Both the position numbers and the translations under genes were made by a program. Below, one piece after another: positions 18,301 to 25,695 of a stretch of 32,242 nt of DNA. The notes under the pieces are model-generated. The model did not search any database. It saw only the letters and a program-made list of their open reading frames with translations, and had not been told where the DNA came from. The stretch covers positions 1 to 32,242 of IMG/VR virus record IMGVR_UViG_3300037598_000406; one strand, written 5' to 3'. The DNA is from a virus. Its lineage: Duplodnaviria > Caudoviricetes. Each line of letters begins with the position of its first letter. Within the stretch, counting starts at the first letter, position 1.

Positions 18301-19422
18301 CATCTTGACTTTATCGCCGAAAATCACTCGATTCCAAATACGTATTTCATCAAGTCGCCCATCAAAGAAGTGTATCCATTCAAGGTCATAATACCTCCGA
18401 TGAGCGGCTACCTCAACTTCACGATTGTTCTGGATTGTTTTGACGACATCTCCCACACCCAAATCAACGAGGCTGCCATTAACGTAACAATACAATACAT
18501 TTCCCCCCGCCTTGTCAGCAACAAGGTGAGAATAGGTACCCACAGAGATGCTTGAGCTGGCCTTGCAATAAACGTAATCGCTGCCATTTATTGCACTAAA
18601 ACTTAACAGGCCATCCGGCACGCTGAAACTCCACCTAGCAGTATCCAAGTTCTCAATGCCTTTGCGCAACAAGGGGTCGCGTACGTCGCTGAAATTATCC
18701 GGGGAGGCCCATACCTCAACAGCGAAAGTATATGAGGAGACATTTAGGGAACTATCATGAGGAATAACTAAGTAATCATCTACCCCATCGAATTCCAGCC
18801 CGTAACCTACCTTGCCTGCAACTTGATACAATACTCCCCCGGAAGTCGAGGCGTGATTAGCATTGGCAGTACTGTCATACAATGTGCCTCCCGACTCCTC
18901 AAAGTGATATACCGCCTTATAGTAATCGGTCGGCCAAACGCCATTGACATTCTCCTGCGAGGAGGTAACTGTAGAATCCCCATAGCACAGGTAAATGGTT
19001 TTGCTCTTGCCATCCTCCAAAAATGGAATGCGAACATACGCCGTTAATGCGCCAGTCGTGGGGTCATACTGAGTTACCTCAAAATCGTATTTGCTGGTAC
19101 AGTAGACATCGGGAGAGAAAATCAAGTCCGCCGGGACTGTCAAGTTGCCCGATACACCACCCAAGGCGGTATTCTCAACATGACCGCCATTAGCCACCGT
19201 GCGAAGCTCCGGCAAGGTGGACTTAAATAGCAATGGGAATTCATAGGTATTCATCAATACCCTACTTCCAGGTATAGTGATAGTTCTTACATACTTATAC
19301 CCTATCGAGCTTGCCGCCATTGCCTCTGGAGAGGTCAATAATACAACAGTATAAGCTGCAAACAAGCCTGCAAGAATTGCTATTACAGGCATCCACCTTG
19401 AGTTCCAAACCTTTTTAATCAT
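15394..19422 (-). CDS. Large secreted modular protein: signal peptide, DUF2341, LamG, cohesin-like, dockerin-like, beta-sandwich, clan GH-A catalytic domain
   Basis: Start MIKKVW at 19422 (AAGGAGG). AYVRIP...IYLCYG (DUF2341); YHFEE..G...FDGVDDY...FDGRLDEIRIWNR (LamG); TFDIIV...GTLATFTVTAK (cohesin-like); DGEVDVFDV and DYDGDCDITVIDI (dockerin/EF-hand); SNEE, DGLEIHNY, VSEAGY, IWWF (GH-A). Confidence 0.8.
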   Translation of the reverse strand: MIKKVWNSRWMPVIAILAGLFAAYTVVLLTSPEAMAASSIGYKYVRTITIPGSRVLMNTYEFPLLFKSTLPELRTVANGGHVENTALGGVSGNLTVPADLIFSPDVYCTSKYDFEVTQYDPTTGALTAYVRIPFLEDGKSKTIYLCYGDSTVTSSQENVNGVWPTDYYKAVYHFEESGGTLYDSTANANHASTSGGVLYQVAGKVGYGLEFDGVDDYLVIPHDSSLNVSSYTFAVEVWASPDNFSDVRDPLLRKGIENLDTARWSFSVPDGLLSFSAINGSDYVYCKASSSISVGTYSHLVADKAGGNVLYCYVNGSLVDLGVGDVVKTIQNNREVEVAAHRRYYDLEWIHFFDGRLDEIRIWNRVIFGDKVKMLYNNMANPSGFYSVGPEKESLVLIYPPNRDVVAGNTYTFDIIVKNQVDAIDAYEVLIGADTSQVTIDDIADGGFINSAVEAGTDIDNAAGYGSFGAYSTQADVTGWGTLATFTVTAKTTGNFTPILLDVEMDAGHTSDFVRCDPDFPWDNSSGEVDPYSECDGEVDVFDVMRVAARWNLDCEEGEYPNCTKCDPGYDVDADYDGDCDITVIDIMTVSARWGEVNPNRPLRLQVGDYYDKDGIQGWDDAYHVNEDGANVYNSSTVRLGFDYQGREYFAGFLFRYVPLEYGSVITDARLILDVSYINATEGITVEVFTEDSVNALSTKDFNTGNTIAQRLIDKYPDDIAGYCDALSEASQDYCGLWVEWTIDSTGVVTSPNLAVIIQEAVGRADWDKYDSLVILIRPKPGSASNYAVVEPYDAYPEDAAKLEISWVKKKWSMPTSYGERLPYGALSGFWGDPDGYDEIYAIGAGTLDTGLWEPTSPDDVNIWLANHPDIVAVSGARIDMTNICNDTKVQDYLAGLPLGEGLNDCYAGAFEWYDNYDQIDWVRISPSNEEDGYVGDPDCSRDEGHIWAGESNTDWNCDDPGEVVGSGTDNIPDHLEYVDFVARGYIGLYAASEGALPATGGHWAHAGSYFDPLFIKRVMDFGLGSFMDGLEIHNYANISCWAEGCLEEMTAYLYNEGPDQLESKCQAIPPVESSVEAWGYDALLANYHTESTLVYSNGYIGYKDDRIKYVAVSEAGYHNLDAITEREQARWLYRQLIPPLTRGADKVPFIWWFSFSAPSIDHWACKYSLRCGGPSETANHISYYAFWALSYLNGTPEINEITGASNQAEALGASAVYGTWKVYSATVNGQDLFVIWTTDTGQIYWEADKLPNDYVELIPADEAKSLANYHNPKAAGATPPDFAMCYRNGVGKDGYCVDPDDPNTDLTSGNWETYDDYSLESGSDFMFLPGNYKPVIIKKPN

Positions 19423-19460
19423 ATTCTCCCTCCTTTTATTGTTTTTGTTTCTTAGATTCT

Positions 19461-20072
19461 TTAGAAAGGTATATACAGCTCCCATTCTCTACCTCCTTCT
19501 TTTTGTAATATTCCAAAGCCATAGGCCCAGGGAATCTCCAGCGACATGGAGACATCCTTCCGCGTCCTCCACTGCTCGAAGACCTCCCTGGGGCCGCCCG
19601 GCCCTGGTAGATAGACTATATCGTGAAGCACGGCCCAGCCTCCATCCGAGAGCAAGTCCCAGGCCATAGTGAGTTCGAGCCTGACCCTATCGGCGTGATG
19701 GTCTCCGTCAATGTAGATGAGGTCAGCCCCGCCCTCCATGCAGGCCAGGAACTCCAGGCTATCCATGTGAAAAAACTTCCACCTGCTCTTCCAATTGAGC
19801 CGTAAAGAAGAAACGGCCTCGCTACAGTCCTCGATGTCGCAACTGTAGAGAAGGCCGTTTGTAGTCCGCAGTGCGGTCAAAAACATCAGTGTCGAGATAC
19901 CTTCCCCGACACCAATCTCATAAACAACTTTAGGGCGACAGGCCAGACAGAGTAGATAAATCGTCAGCGCATAGTCCAAGCCAGCGCCCCTTGCAACCAC
20001 CTCGCTCAGCGAGCGAGCAAGAGGATATATTTGTCTTTGGCGCTCTTGTAGCTCAGTTAAGTCTACTACCAT
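19461..20072 (-). CDS. Class I SAM-dependent methyltransferase (Methyltransf_24-like)
   Basis: Start MVVDLTEL at 20072 (GGGAG); YEIGVGEGIST, YSCDI, DLIYIDGDH, GGWAVLHD. Confidence 0.88.
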   Translation of the reverse strand: MVVDLTELQERQRQIYPLARSLSEVVARGAGLDYALTIYLLCLACRPKVVYEIGVGEGISTLMFLTALRTTNGLLYSCDIEDCSEAVSSLRLNWKSRWKFFHMDSLEFLACMEGGADLIYIDGDHHADRVRLELTMAWDLLSDGGWAVLHDIVYLPGPGGPREVFEQWRTRKDVSMSLEIPWAYGFGILQKEGGREWELYIPF

Positions 20073-20096
20073 AGGCGCTCCCAAGATGATATTCCA

Positions 20097-20241
20097 AGTG
20101 GGGCGGCGCCCGGCTCGCCGCCCCACTACCAGAAAGGAGGAGAAAGATGAACGGCGCGGCCCCCTGGAGGCTGCTCGCAACCTGCCTGCAACCAATATCC
20201 CTATCGCAAGGTGAAAATCGCAGCCCCTCCCTGGCGGCTGC
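20097..20241 (-). ncRNA. Putative structured sRNA or 5' leader with an anti-Shine-Dalgarno segment
   Basis: Directly downstream of a consensus promoter; three small hairpins, a pyrimidine tract UUCAUCUUUCUCCUCCUUUCU (20151-20131), then a perfect 12-bp GC hairpin (20097-20108/20116-20127). Confidence 0.55.
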
Positions 20242-20245
20242 TGTT

Positions 20246-20274
20246 ATTATATCACAAATCAGTAAAATTGTCAA
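20246..20274 (-). promoter_or_regulatory. Consensus sigma70/sigmaA promoter
   Basis: TTGACA (20274-20269), 17-bp spacer, TATAAT (20251-20246), in an AT-rich intergenic gap. Confidence 0.9.
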
Positions 20275-20314
20275 ATCGGGCTTTTGAGGGCGTTTGACTT
20301 ATAAATCATTTAAC

Positions 20315-20348
20315 TTAAAAGCAGGGGGTTGACCTGCGCAACCCCCTG
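20315..20348 (-). terminator. Intrinsic terminator ending the packaging operon
   Basis: 10-bp stem CAGGGGGTTG/CAACCCCCTG (20322-20331/20339-20348) followed on the - strand by CTTTTAAGTT. Confidence 0.7.
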
Positions 20349-20401
20349 GAGGTAATCGCCCACCGTTGGCTTGGCAATGGTGGGGGGATAATTCGATATA
20401 C

Positions 20402-21397
20402 TTAGCCTATCCAGGCATCCCATTCGCCTCTCTCGAAGGGAAGCTCATACTCCGCCTCATCGTCAATGGGCGTCTCGTCGTCCCCAAGGGGAACGAGCCA
20501 GCAGCGGCAGTTGGAGAGGCAGGCCCTATTCCCAGGGCGAACGTCGAGCAGCTCTATCCCCCGATGGATGCGCCCTATCTCCTGAGCGCACCCATTCGGC
20601 CCCCGGCAGGTATGCCTGTCGAGCCAGCCGACCCAGAGGAAGAGCTTATCGGCGAAGGCCACTGGCGCGTCGGGATAGTCGGGCACGCCCCATTCCTCTG
20701 GCGGACGCCACATCTCGATATGCCAGGGGATGATGGCGGGAAAGGCCCACTTGACCTCCGGGAGCCCCCTGAACCTTTGAGCCTTCCTGCGCCGCTCCAC
20801 AGGTGGCCTCCTGAGCACGGCCTGCTGAATGGCGGCCCAGAACGCGCCGCTGTACATGCCCGCCCGTGAGCGCAGGGCCAGCAGTCCCTCGGAGAGGGAG
20901 CGCCTTCCCCTGCGGGCCTCCATGATAATATCCCACAGGGCGTAGGAGAGGCCATCCGGACGCCGGAGATAGTAGCGATTATGGGCCACCTCCCATTGAT
21001 GGGCCATGAAGTCCTCCCGGCTCCAGTGGACGCTGCCCTTGCCGAGCGTCCAGGCCAACGCCAGCCAGTACCAGGCGGCGCGGTCGAAGTAGCCAGCGAG
21101 GGCTTCGAGATAGTCCCTCAGCTCCGTCTCAGGCACAGCGCGGGCCGACTCCCCGGCGCGGGCCACCATCGCCCTGGAGAAGTCGTCATAGAGGCCCAGG
21201 AGAAGCTCCTTATAGCGCCTCTCGGCCATTGCCCAGTCCTCCCGCAGATAGCGGGCTGGCTCTGGCACCTGCCGCCGCTCCAGGAGGAGGGAAAGAAGTT
21301 GCTCAAGCGCCTCTTGGAGGCGTCGGGGAGCCTTTGGATAGAGACGTACCAGTCTCATCCAACGCTCCCTCTGCATGGAGAAGTCCGATGGCTTCAT
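20402..21397 (-). CDS. Head morphogenesis / minor capsid protein (Mu gpF / SPP1 gp7-like)
   Basis: Follows the portal gene; C-terminal DRHTC...C...G...PG...CLSNCRCWL. Confidence 0.65.
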   Translation of the reverse strand: MKPSDFSMQRERWMRLVRLYPKAPRRLQEALEQLLSLLLERRQVPEPARYLREDWAMAERRYKELLLGLYDDFSRAMVARAGESARAVPETELRDYLEALAGYFDRAAWYWLALAWTLGKGSVHWSREDFMAHQWEVAHNRYYLRRPDGLSYALWDIIMEARRGRRSLSEGLLALRSRAGMYSGAFWAAIQQAVLRRPPVERRRKAQRFRGLPEVKWAFPAIIPWHIEMWRPPEEWGVPDYPDAPVAFADKLFLWVGWLDRHTCRGPNGCAQEIGRIHRGIELLDVRPGNRACLSNCRCWLVPLGDDETPIDDEAEYELPFERGEWDAWIG

Positions 21398-22820
21398 TTA
21401 TCAACTCCCCTAAGACTCCGGTGGCCCTGTCCAGGGCGCCCACCATATGCACCGGAATCTTCAGTATTTTCGCAAGCTCGGTGAGGGCTATCTCCCCCAG
21501 CTCTGGATGCTGGGCGTTAATGGCCGTCTGGAGGACGTTATAGAGGACTCTCCTCTTCAGGCTGAAGAGGGGGTTGTGTCGGACATAGCACTCCGGCGCC
21601 CTTTCCCCGAAGTGGTCTACCACGAGCTGCCTCACGGCGTATTGATTGACGTAGGAGAGAAAGTCCAGGGCGAGGGTATCGCAGGCCGTGAGGTATGCCT
21701 CCAGGCGTCCGAGGCCCTCGTAATACGTGCGAGCGCCGCCGCGCTCAGGAGGGGTCTCGACGCAGACGAGCCCCCGCAGGATTTCGTCGTTGAGAGCCTC
21801 GATGCCGCGAGCGTAGAGGTCGCCCCGCCCGGTCACGTCGAGCTGGGTGATGTCCCAGAGCTTGTTGCCCCGGTCATCCCTCACCATCGGCATGGCGAGG
21901 GTGGTGAATTCATCAGTCTTGTGGAGGCGGTCTCCAAGCCACTGGAGGTTATCCACCTCGTCGCCATCCTCGTTGGTGGAACGGCCCGGAGGGGCCCAGC
22001 CTATCTTCGTCGGGGCGGCGTGCTTGCTGTAGTAGAGCATCCTCATGACCCATAGCTTGCACTTGAAGAACCAGGGCGCGTAGACGTGATTGAGGGCCGG
22101 CTCGCCCCAGAAGCCAGCCCGCAGGAAGTTGTGGGGATAGAGCCAGGCTTTCCAGGCCGGGACGTGTACCTTGTCAAAGCCCTTCTTCTGATAATAACCA
22201 TTGAAACTACCATCCTCTGTGAGGGGAAGGCTGGGCACAATCGTTGTAATCTTATTATACCTGAACTCCTTATAGACCAGGGCCGGCCCGTCCCAGACGA
22301 CCTCTCCATCCCTCTCGACGTGGATGTCCCTCACCTCCCATATCTTCTCGGCGAAGGCGGCGCCATCCACGAGCGCCTGCATCGCAATCTCCGTCAGCCG
22401 CCAGAGGTGCGGCTTGACGAAGACCTGCTTGACGAACTCAGCGATATTCGGGTCGCTGCATTCTACGAACGCCTCCTCCATCGCCGCCTTCACCGGCGCT
22501 GTCTTGATGGTGAGGCCATAATGGACGATGGGGTCTTTCCTCATCCTTTCGAGCGTCTCGTAGTCAATATCCTTGGCCTGATACTCCTCGGCCAGGATAT
22601 TAAAGAGGGCCCTGTCGCCCCGGTAGGTGAGGGTAGCCAGGCGAGCGTCCTCCCGCCCCTTGATGGCGTCCCAGGCTTTCTGAAGGCGTCGCCTCCATGT
22701 ATCGGGCTCGGCACTCAGCCTGGCGAGGTCGCTCCTCACAGCCCTCGTCAGCACGGGCCCCAGCGCCCTTGCCACGTCCTCCGGTATCTCCACAGTCACG
22801 GTTCTGTTTCTCATGCCCAT
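21303..22820 (-). CDS. Portal protein (DUF935 / Mu gp29-like)
   Basis: Follows TerL; 505 aa; MRKDPIV, ALVDGAAFAEKIW, GEPALNHVYAPWFFK...W...APTKIGWAPPG, VNQYAVRQLV. Confidence 0.8.
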   Translation of the reverse strand: MGMRNRTVTVEIPEDVARALGPVLTRAVRSDLARLSAEPDTWRRRLQKAWDAIKGREDARLATLTYRGDRALFNILAEEYQAKDIDYETLERMRKDPIVHYGLTIKTAPVKAAMEEAFVECSDPNIAEFVKQVFVKPHLWRLTEIAMQALVDGAAFAEKIWEVRDIHVERDGEVVWDGPALVYKEFRYNKITTIVPSLPLTEDGSFNGYYQKKGFDKVHVPAWKAWLYPHNFLRAGFWGEPALNHVYAPWFFKCKLWVMRMLYYSKHAAPTKIGWAPPGRSTNEDGDEVDNLQWLGDRLHKTDEFTTLAMPMVRDDRGNKLWDITQLDVTGRGDLYARGIEALNDEILRGLVCVETPPERGGARTYYEGLGRLEAYLTACDTLALDFLSYVNQYAVRQLVVDHFGERAPECYVRHNPLFSLKRRVLYNVLQTAINAQHPELGEIALTELAKILKIPVHMVGALDRATGVLGELINEAIGLLHAEGALDETGTSLSKGSPTPPRGA

Positions 22821-24493
22821 TTCAGCTCCTTAGCTCTATTAGTTGACGAGCGAATACTCATCGGCAGCCCCCAGTTCATCTCGCTCCTCTCCAATCGCCT
22901 CTTGTTGAGCATAAAGGCCCCGAAGCCTATATCCCTCGGCCCCCTCACCTCTATCTCCTGGAGGGTGAAATTGAAAAAGCGATTTTTGAGAATTTGCCTC
23001 AGACGCGTCACGGCCAGCCAGTAGGCCATGAGCACGTCATCCGTCTCGCCACGAGGCCACATGTGCATCTCGTAGATGAGCAGGTCGGTCAACTTGCGCG
23101 AGCGCTCATCTCCTCTGGGGATGACGTTGCGCTGCTGCTCCGTCAGCGTCGAGAGGGCAGGGATGCCGGTCTCAAAGCTGCGATTCACGTCCTGGCCCGT
23201 CCAGTGGGGAACGATTATCATTCCGCTCTCCTTCGGCAGACTCTCGATGAAGTAGCCCTGGAGGGCATTCTGCTCGATGACGATTTCGCTGTCATAGCGC
23301 CTCCAGATGTCCACGATTTTCTCCCACTGCTCCAGAAAGCGGGCCCCCTGCTTGCGGTAGATGTCGAGCCAGTAAATCTTCCCGTCTCTATCCACACCTA
23401 ACGTCACGGCGGCGAAGTAGCTCTTGCCCTTCCCCTTGAGAGCGAGAGCCGGGTCTACCCCCGTGACCTTCACCAGCTCCGAGGTGTGGTGTTCAATGGG
23501 CAGCACCATCGTCTCCCGGAACTGACGCTTGATGAAGTCCATCGGGAAGTGGCTCTCCTCCTCGGACATGGGTCGGAGGAGATAATTGAGGTTGAACTGG
23601 ACGAAGCCCTGGTCTCGCCTCATCTTCATCAGTCGCTCCCAGCTCCAGCGCTCCGGCCAGAGGACTATCTTCTTCTCGAAATTGAGGATGGCGGGGCTCT
23701 CGAAGACCTTGAAGTCCTCCCGTTTGACCAGCTCCGAGTATGGGTCGAAGAGGGCCTTGCGGGTGCCGACGATTATCTTCTGACCCTGTGGCTCGACCAT
23801 CGAGAAGCTATCCTCTATCCAGCGGAGGGTTTTGTTGGCCCGGTAGCGAGTGGCGCAGTTATCGGGATTGCAGACATCATCGTAGATGACATATTCGGCG
23901 TGAGGGCCCACATTGCTGGAGCCGACTCCCAGCGTCAAGACGGTCTTGTCCTTCTCGATGAGGATACGGCCCGTGTGGTCTGTGGGCCTCCTCCTCACGG
24001 TGATGTGGTCGGTTCCCCATCCCCTATCTTGAGGGAGCTTGAAACCTTCGTAGCCCTCCCGAAAGGCGTCGCGATGGCTGAACCCCTCGACGATATAGGG
24101 ATTGAACTCCAGATGGGCTTTAATGGCCGAGAGGAAGGACTGGGCCTGCTCCGCCACGCTGCTCAGGATGATGAAGCGGGAATTGCGGTCGCAGCATATC
24201 CTCCACGTCGGGTAGAAGATGGAATGTACCGAGGATTTCCCGTGGCCGCGAGCCGTGAGGTTGATATATGTCGGCTCGGCCACCAGTAGCCAATACCACC
24301 CATCCGGCACCTTCTTGTGGAAATCCGGGATGGGAAGAGGGGGCCTGATGAAGCGCTCCACAAACATAAGCAAACTCTTATGATGCCAGATGGCCCGGTC
24401 GTGGCTCCAGGCCGGATATTCCAGCCCCTTCTTGTAGAGGGCTAAGACCAACTCGGCCCAGAGGGCCACCTTGTCCTTATCGTAGTTTGTCAT
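22811..24493 (-). CDS. terL: Terminase large subunit
   Basis: Walker A ARGHGKSS, Walker B YVIYDD, IVGTR coupling motif, LWPERW, RNase H-like TGVDPA and ETDDVLMA. Confidence 0.95.
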   Translation of the reverse strand: MTNYDKDKVALWAELVLALYKKGLEYPAWSHDRAIWHHKSLLMFVERFIRPPLPIPDFHKKVPDGWYWLLVAEPTYINLTARGHGKSSVHSIFYPTWRICCDRNSRFIILSSVAEQAQSFLSAIKAHLEFNPYIVEGFSHRDAFREGYEGFKLPQDRGWGTDHITVRRRPTDHTGRILIEKDKTVLTLGVGSSNVGPHAEYVIYDDVCNPDNCATRYRANKTLRWIEDSFSMVEPQGQKIIVGTRKALFDPYSELVKREDFKVFESPAILNFEKKIVLWPERWSWERLMKMRRDQGFVQFNLNYLLRPMSEEESHFPMDFIKRQFRETMVLPIEHHTSELVKVTGVDPALALKGKGKSYFAAVTLGVDRDGKIYWLDIYRKQGARFLEQWEKIVDIWRRYDSEIVIEQNALQGYFIESLPKESGMIIVPHWTGQDVNRSFETGIPALSTLTEQQRNVIPRGDERSRKLTDLLIYEMHMWPRGETDDVLMAYWLAVTRLRQILKNRFFNFTLQEIEVRGPRDIGFGAFMLNKRRLERSEMNWGLPMSIRSSTNRAKELKWA

Positions 24494-24953
24494 CGGTCGC
24501 CTCGACTGTCACCATCTCTCCGCCAATGGCCTCGATATAGGTCTCAAGCTGGTCGATGAACTTATCGGCCTGCTCTATATCGACCTTGGAAAGTATCTCG
24601 CCCAGGTCGGGCCTGCCGGCGGTGGCGCCGGCGGTAGGCTCCTGCCCTAGATAGATACCACAGAGACCTATCCAGTCCGACTTCAGCTCCCTCATGGCCC
24701 TTATCAGCGAGGCTAAGCTCGCAGGGCTGCATTCGGGAGGCTCCTGCTGCCAGCGGGCCAGAATCCGCCCGATGACCGTAGTCAACTGCTGGGATAGCTT
24801 GCGCCACTCCAGGATAGTCTCTGCGGCGAGGGCCAACTGCTGGCGGCGAAACTCTAGATATTTCGCCTCCAATTCAGCATGATGTGATATAAGCTCGTGC
24901 CTTCCCTCTCCGGCCACCTGGATAGTGACCGGTTTTTTATCAAGAATTGCCAT
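24477..24953 (-). CDS. Putative terminase small subunit
   Basis: 158-aa helical protein immediately upstream of and overlapping terL; positional call only. Confidence 0.55.
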   Translation of the reverse strand: MAILDKKPVTIQVAGEGRHELISHHAELEAKYLEFRRQQLALAAETILEWRKLSQQLTTVIGRILARWQQEPPECSPASLASLIRAMRELKSDWIGLCGIYLGQEPTAGATAGRPDLGEILSKVDIEQADKFIDQLETYIEAIGGEMVTVEATDDKLR

Positions 24954-24982
24954 TTGACAAATTTAGCAAAATATAGTATAAT
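24954..24982 (+). promoter_or_regulatory. Consensus sigma70 promoter for the rightward arm
   Basis: TTGACA (24954-24959), 17 bp, TATAAT (24977-24982). Confidence 0.9.
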
Positions 24983-25001
24983 AGAGGCAGGTGGTAATCT
25001 A

Positions 25002-25030
25002 ATTATACCTCAAAAGGGAGGTTTGGGCAA
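25002..25030 (-). promoter_or_regulatory. Putative sigma70 promoter for the terminase operon
   Basis: TTGCCC (25030-25025), 17 bp, TATAAT (25007-25002) on the - strand. Confidence 0.65.
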
Positions 25031-25228
25031 ATGGAGAAAAGTTTGGACTTTGAGGTAGGCCAGATAGTGAGGCACCGACTCCATCCTGGTCTTCGTGGCC
25101 GTATCATCGAAATGGAAGGGAGATGGGCCTTTTTGGAGTTACTTACGTATCCGAGCCATTTCTTCCACATGTGGTTTGCAAACAGGCCCATGCCCGTCCT
25201 CCTGGAGAACCTGGAGAGGGTGGAATGA
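25031..25228 (+). CDS. Small SH3/KOW-like hypothetical protein
   Basis: GGGAGGT RBS; FEVGQIVRH...GRIIE pattern; ATGA coupling to ruvC. Confidence 0.7.
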   Translation: MEKSLDFEVGQIVRHRLHPGLRGRIIEMEGRWAFLELLTYPSHFFHMWFANRPMPVLLENLERVE

Positions 25229-25695
25229 AGGTGGTTGGGTTCGACACCGGCACCCGCTATTGTGGGTGGGCCATCCTGGAGGATGGGAGGCTGTGCGATG
25301 CCGGTCGCTGGCATCTCACGGGCAGATTCCTCAAGAGGCTGGAGTTCCTGGCCTCAGAAGCCAGGAGGCTTCTCAGGGAGGAGCTGCCGGATGGAGTGGC
25401 TGTGGAGACGCCTTTCGTCCGCTATCCGATGGCCGCGATACAATTGGGAAAGGCCGTCGGGATAATCCTGGCGGCGGGGTTCGAGCTGGGGATTCAGGTG
25501 ATAGAGGTCTCCCCCGCCGAGGGAAAGAAGGCCCTCACGGGGAGCGGCCTGGCTACGAAGCACGGGGTGCGGGAGGAGGTGTTTCACAGGTTCAAGAGAG
25601 ACCTGCCCACCGACGCCGCCGACGCGGTGGCGGTGGCTATGGCGGGCCTCGAAAGATTGAAAGTGTCATCTGACACTTTGGAGGAAACAAAATGA
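25225..25695 (+). CDS. ruvC: RuvC-like Holliday junction resolvase
   Basis: True start MKVVGFDTGTRYCGWAIL at 25225; VAVETPF, KKALTGSGLATK, DAADAVAVA. Confidence 0.92.
   Translation: MKVVGFDTGTRYCGWAILEDGRLCDAGRWHLTGRFLKRLEFLASEARRLLREELPDGVAVETPFVRYPMAAIQLGKAVGIILAAGFELGIQVIEVSPAEGKKALTGSGLATKHGVREEVFHRFKRDLPTDAADAVAVAMAGLERLKVSSDTLEETK

Noticed and set aside
20097-20127. 12-bp hairpin as a classical intrinsic terminator
   Set aside because: No U-tract on either strand, so a discrete sRNA 3' end versus read-through leader is unresolved.
20097-20241. tRNA or known riboswitch (e.g. SAM) upstream of the methyltransferase
   Set aside because: No cloverleaf or T-loop, and no SAM-I/II consensus recognisable; an Rfam search is still needed.
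20147-20287. 46-aa + strand ORF (MNGAAPWRLL...) behind a perfect AGAAAGGAGG
   Set aside because: It runs antisense through the consensus promoter, has no evident + strand promoter and no protein-like features. Better explained as the complement of the anti-SD tract, but not fully excluded.
156-24289. Numerous long + strand ORFs (e.g. 156-845, 927-1841, 6100-7302, 22086-23024, 23486-24289)
   Set aside because: Antisense shadows of motif-bearing - strand genes in GC-rich DNA; no RBS or motifs.
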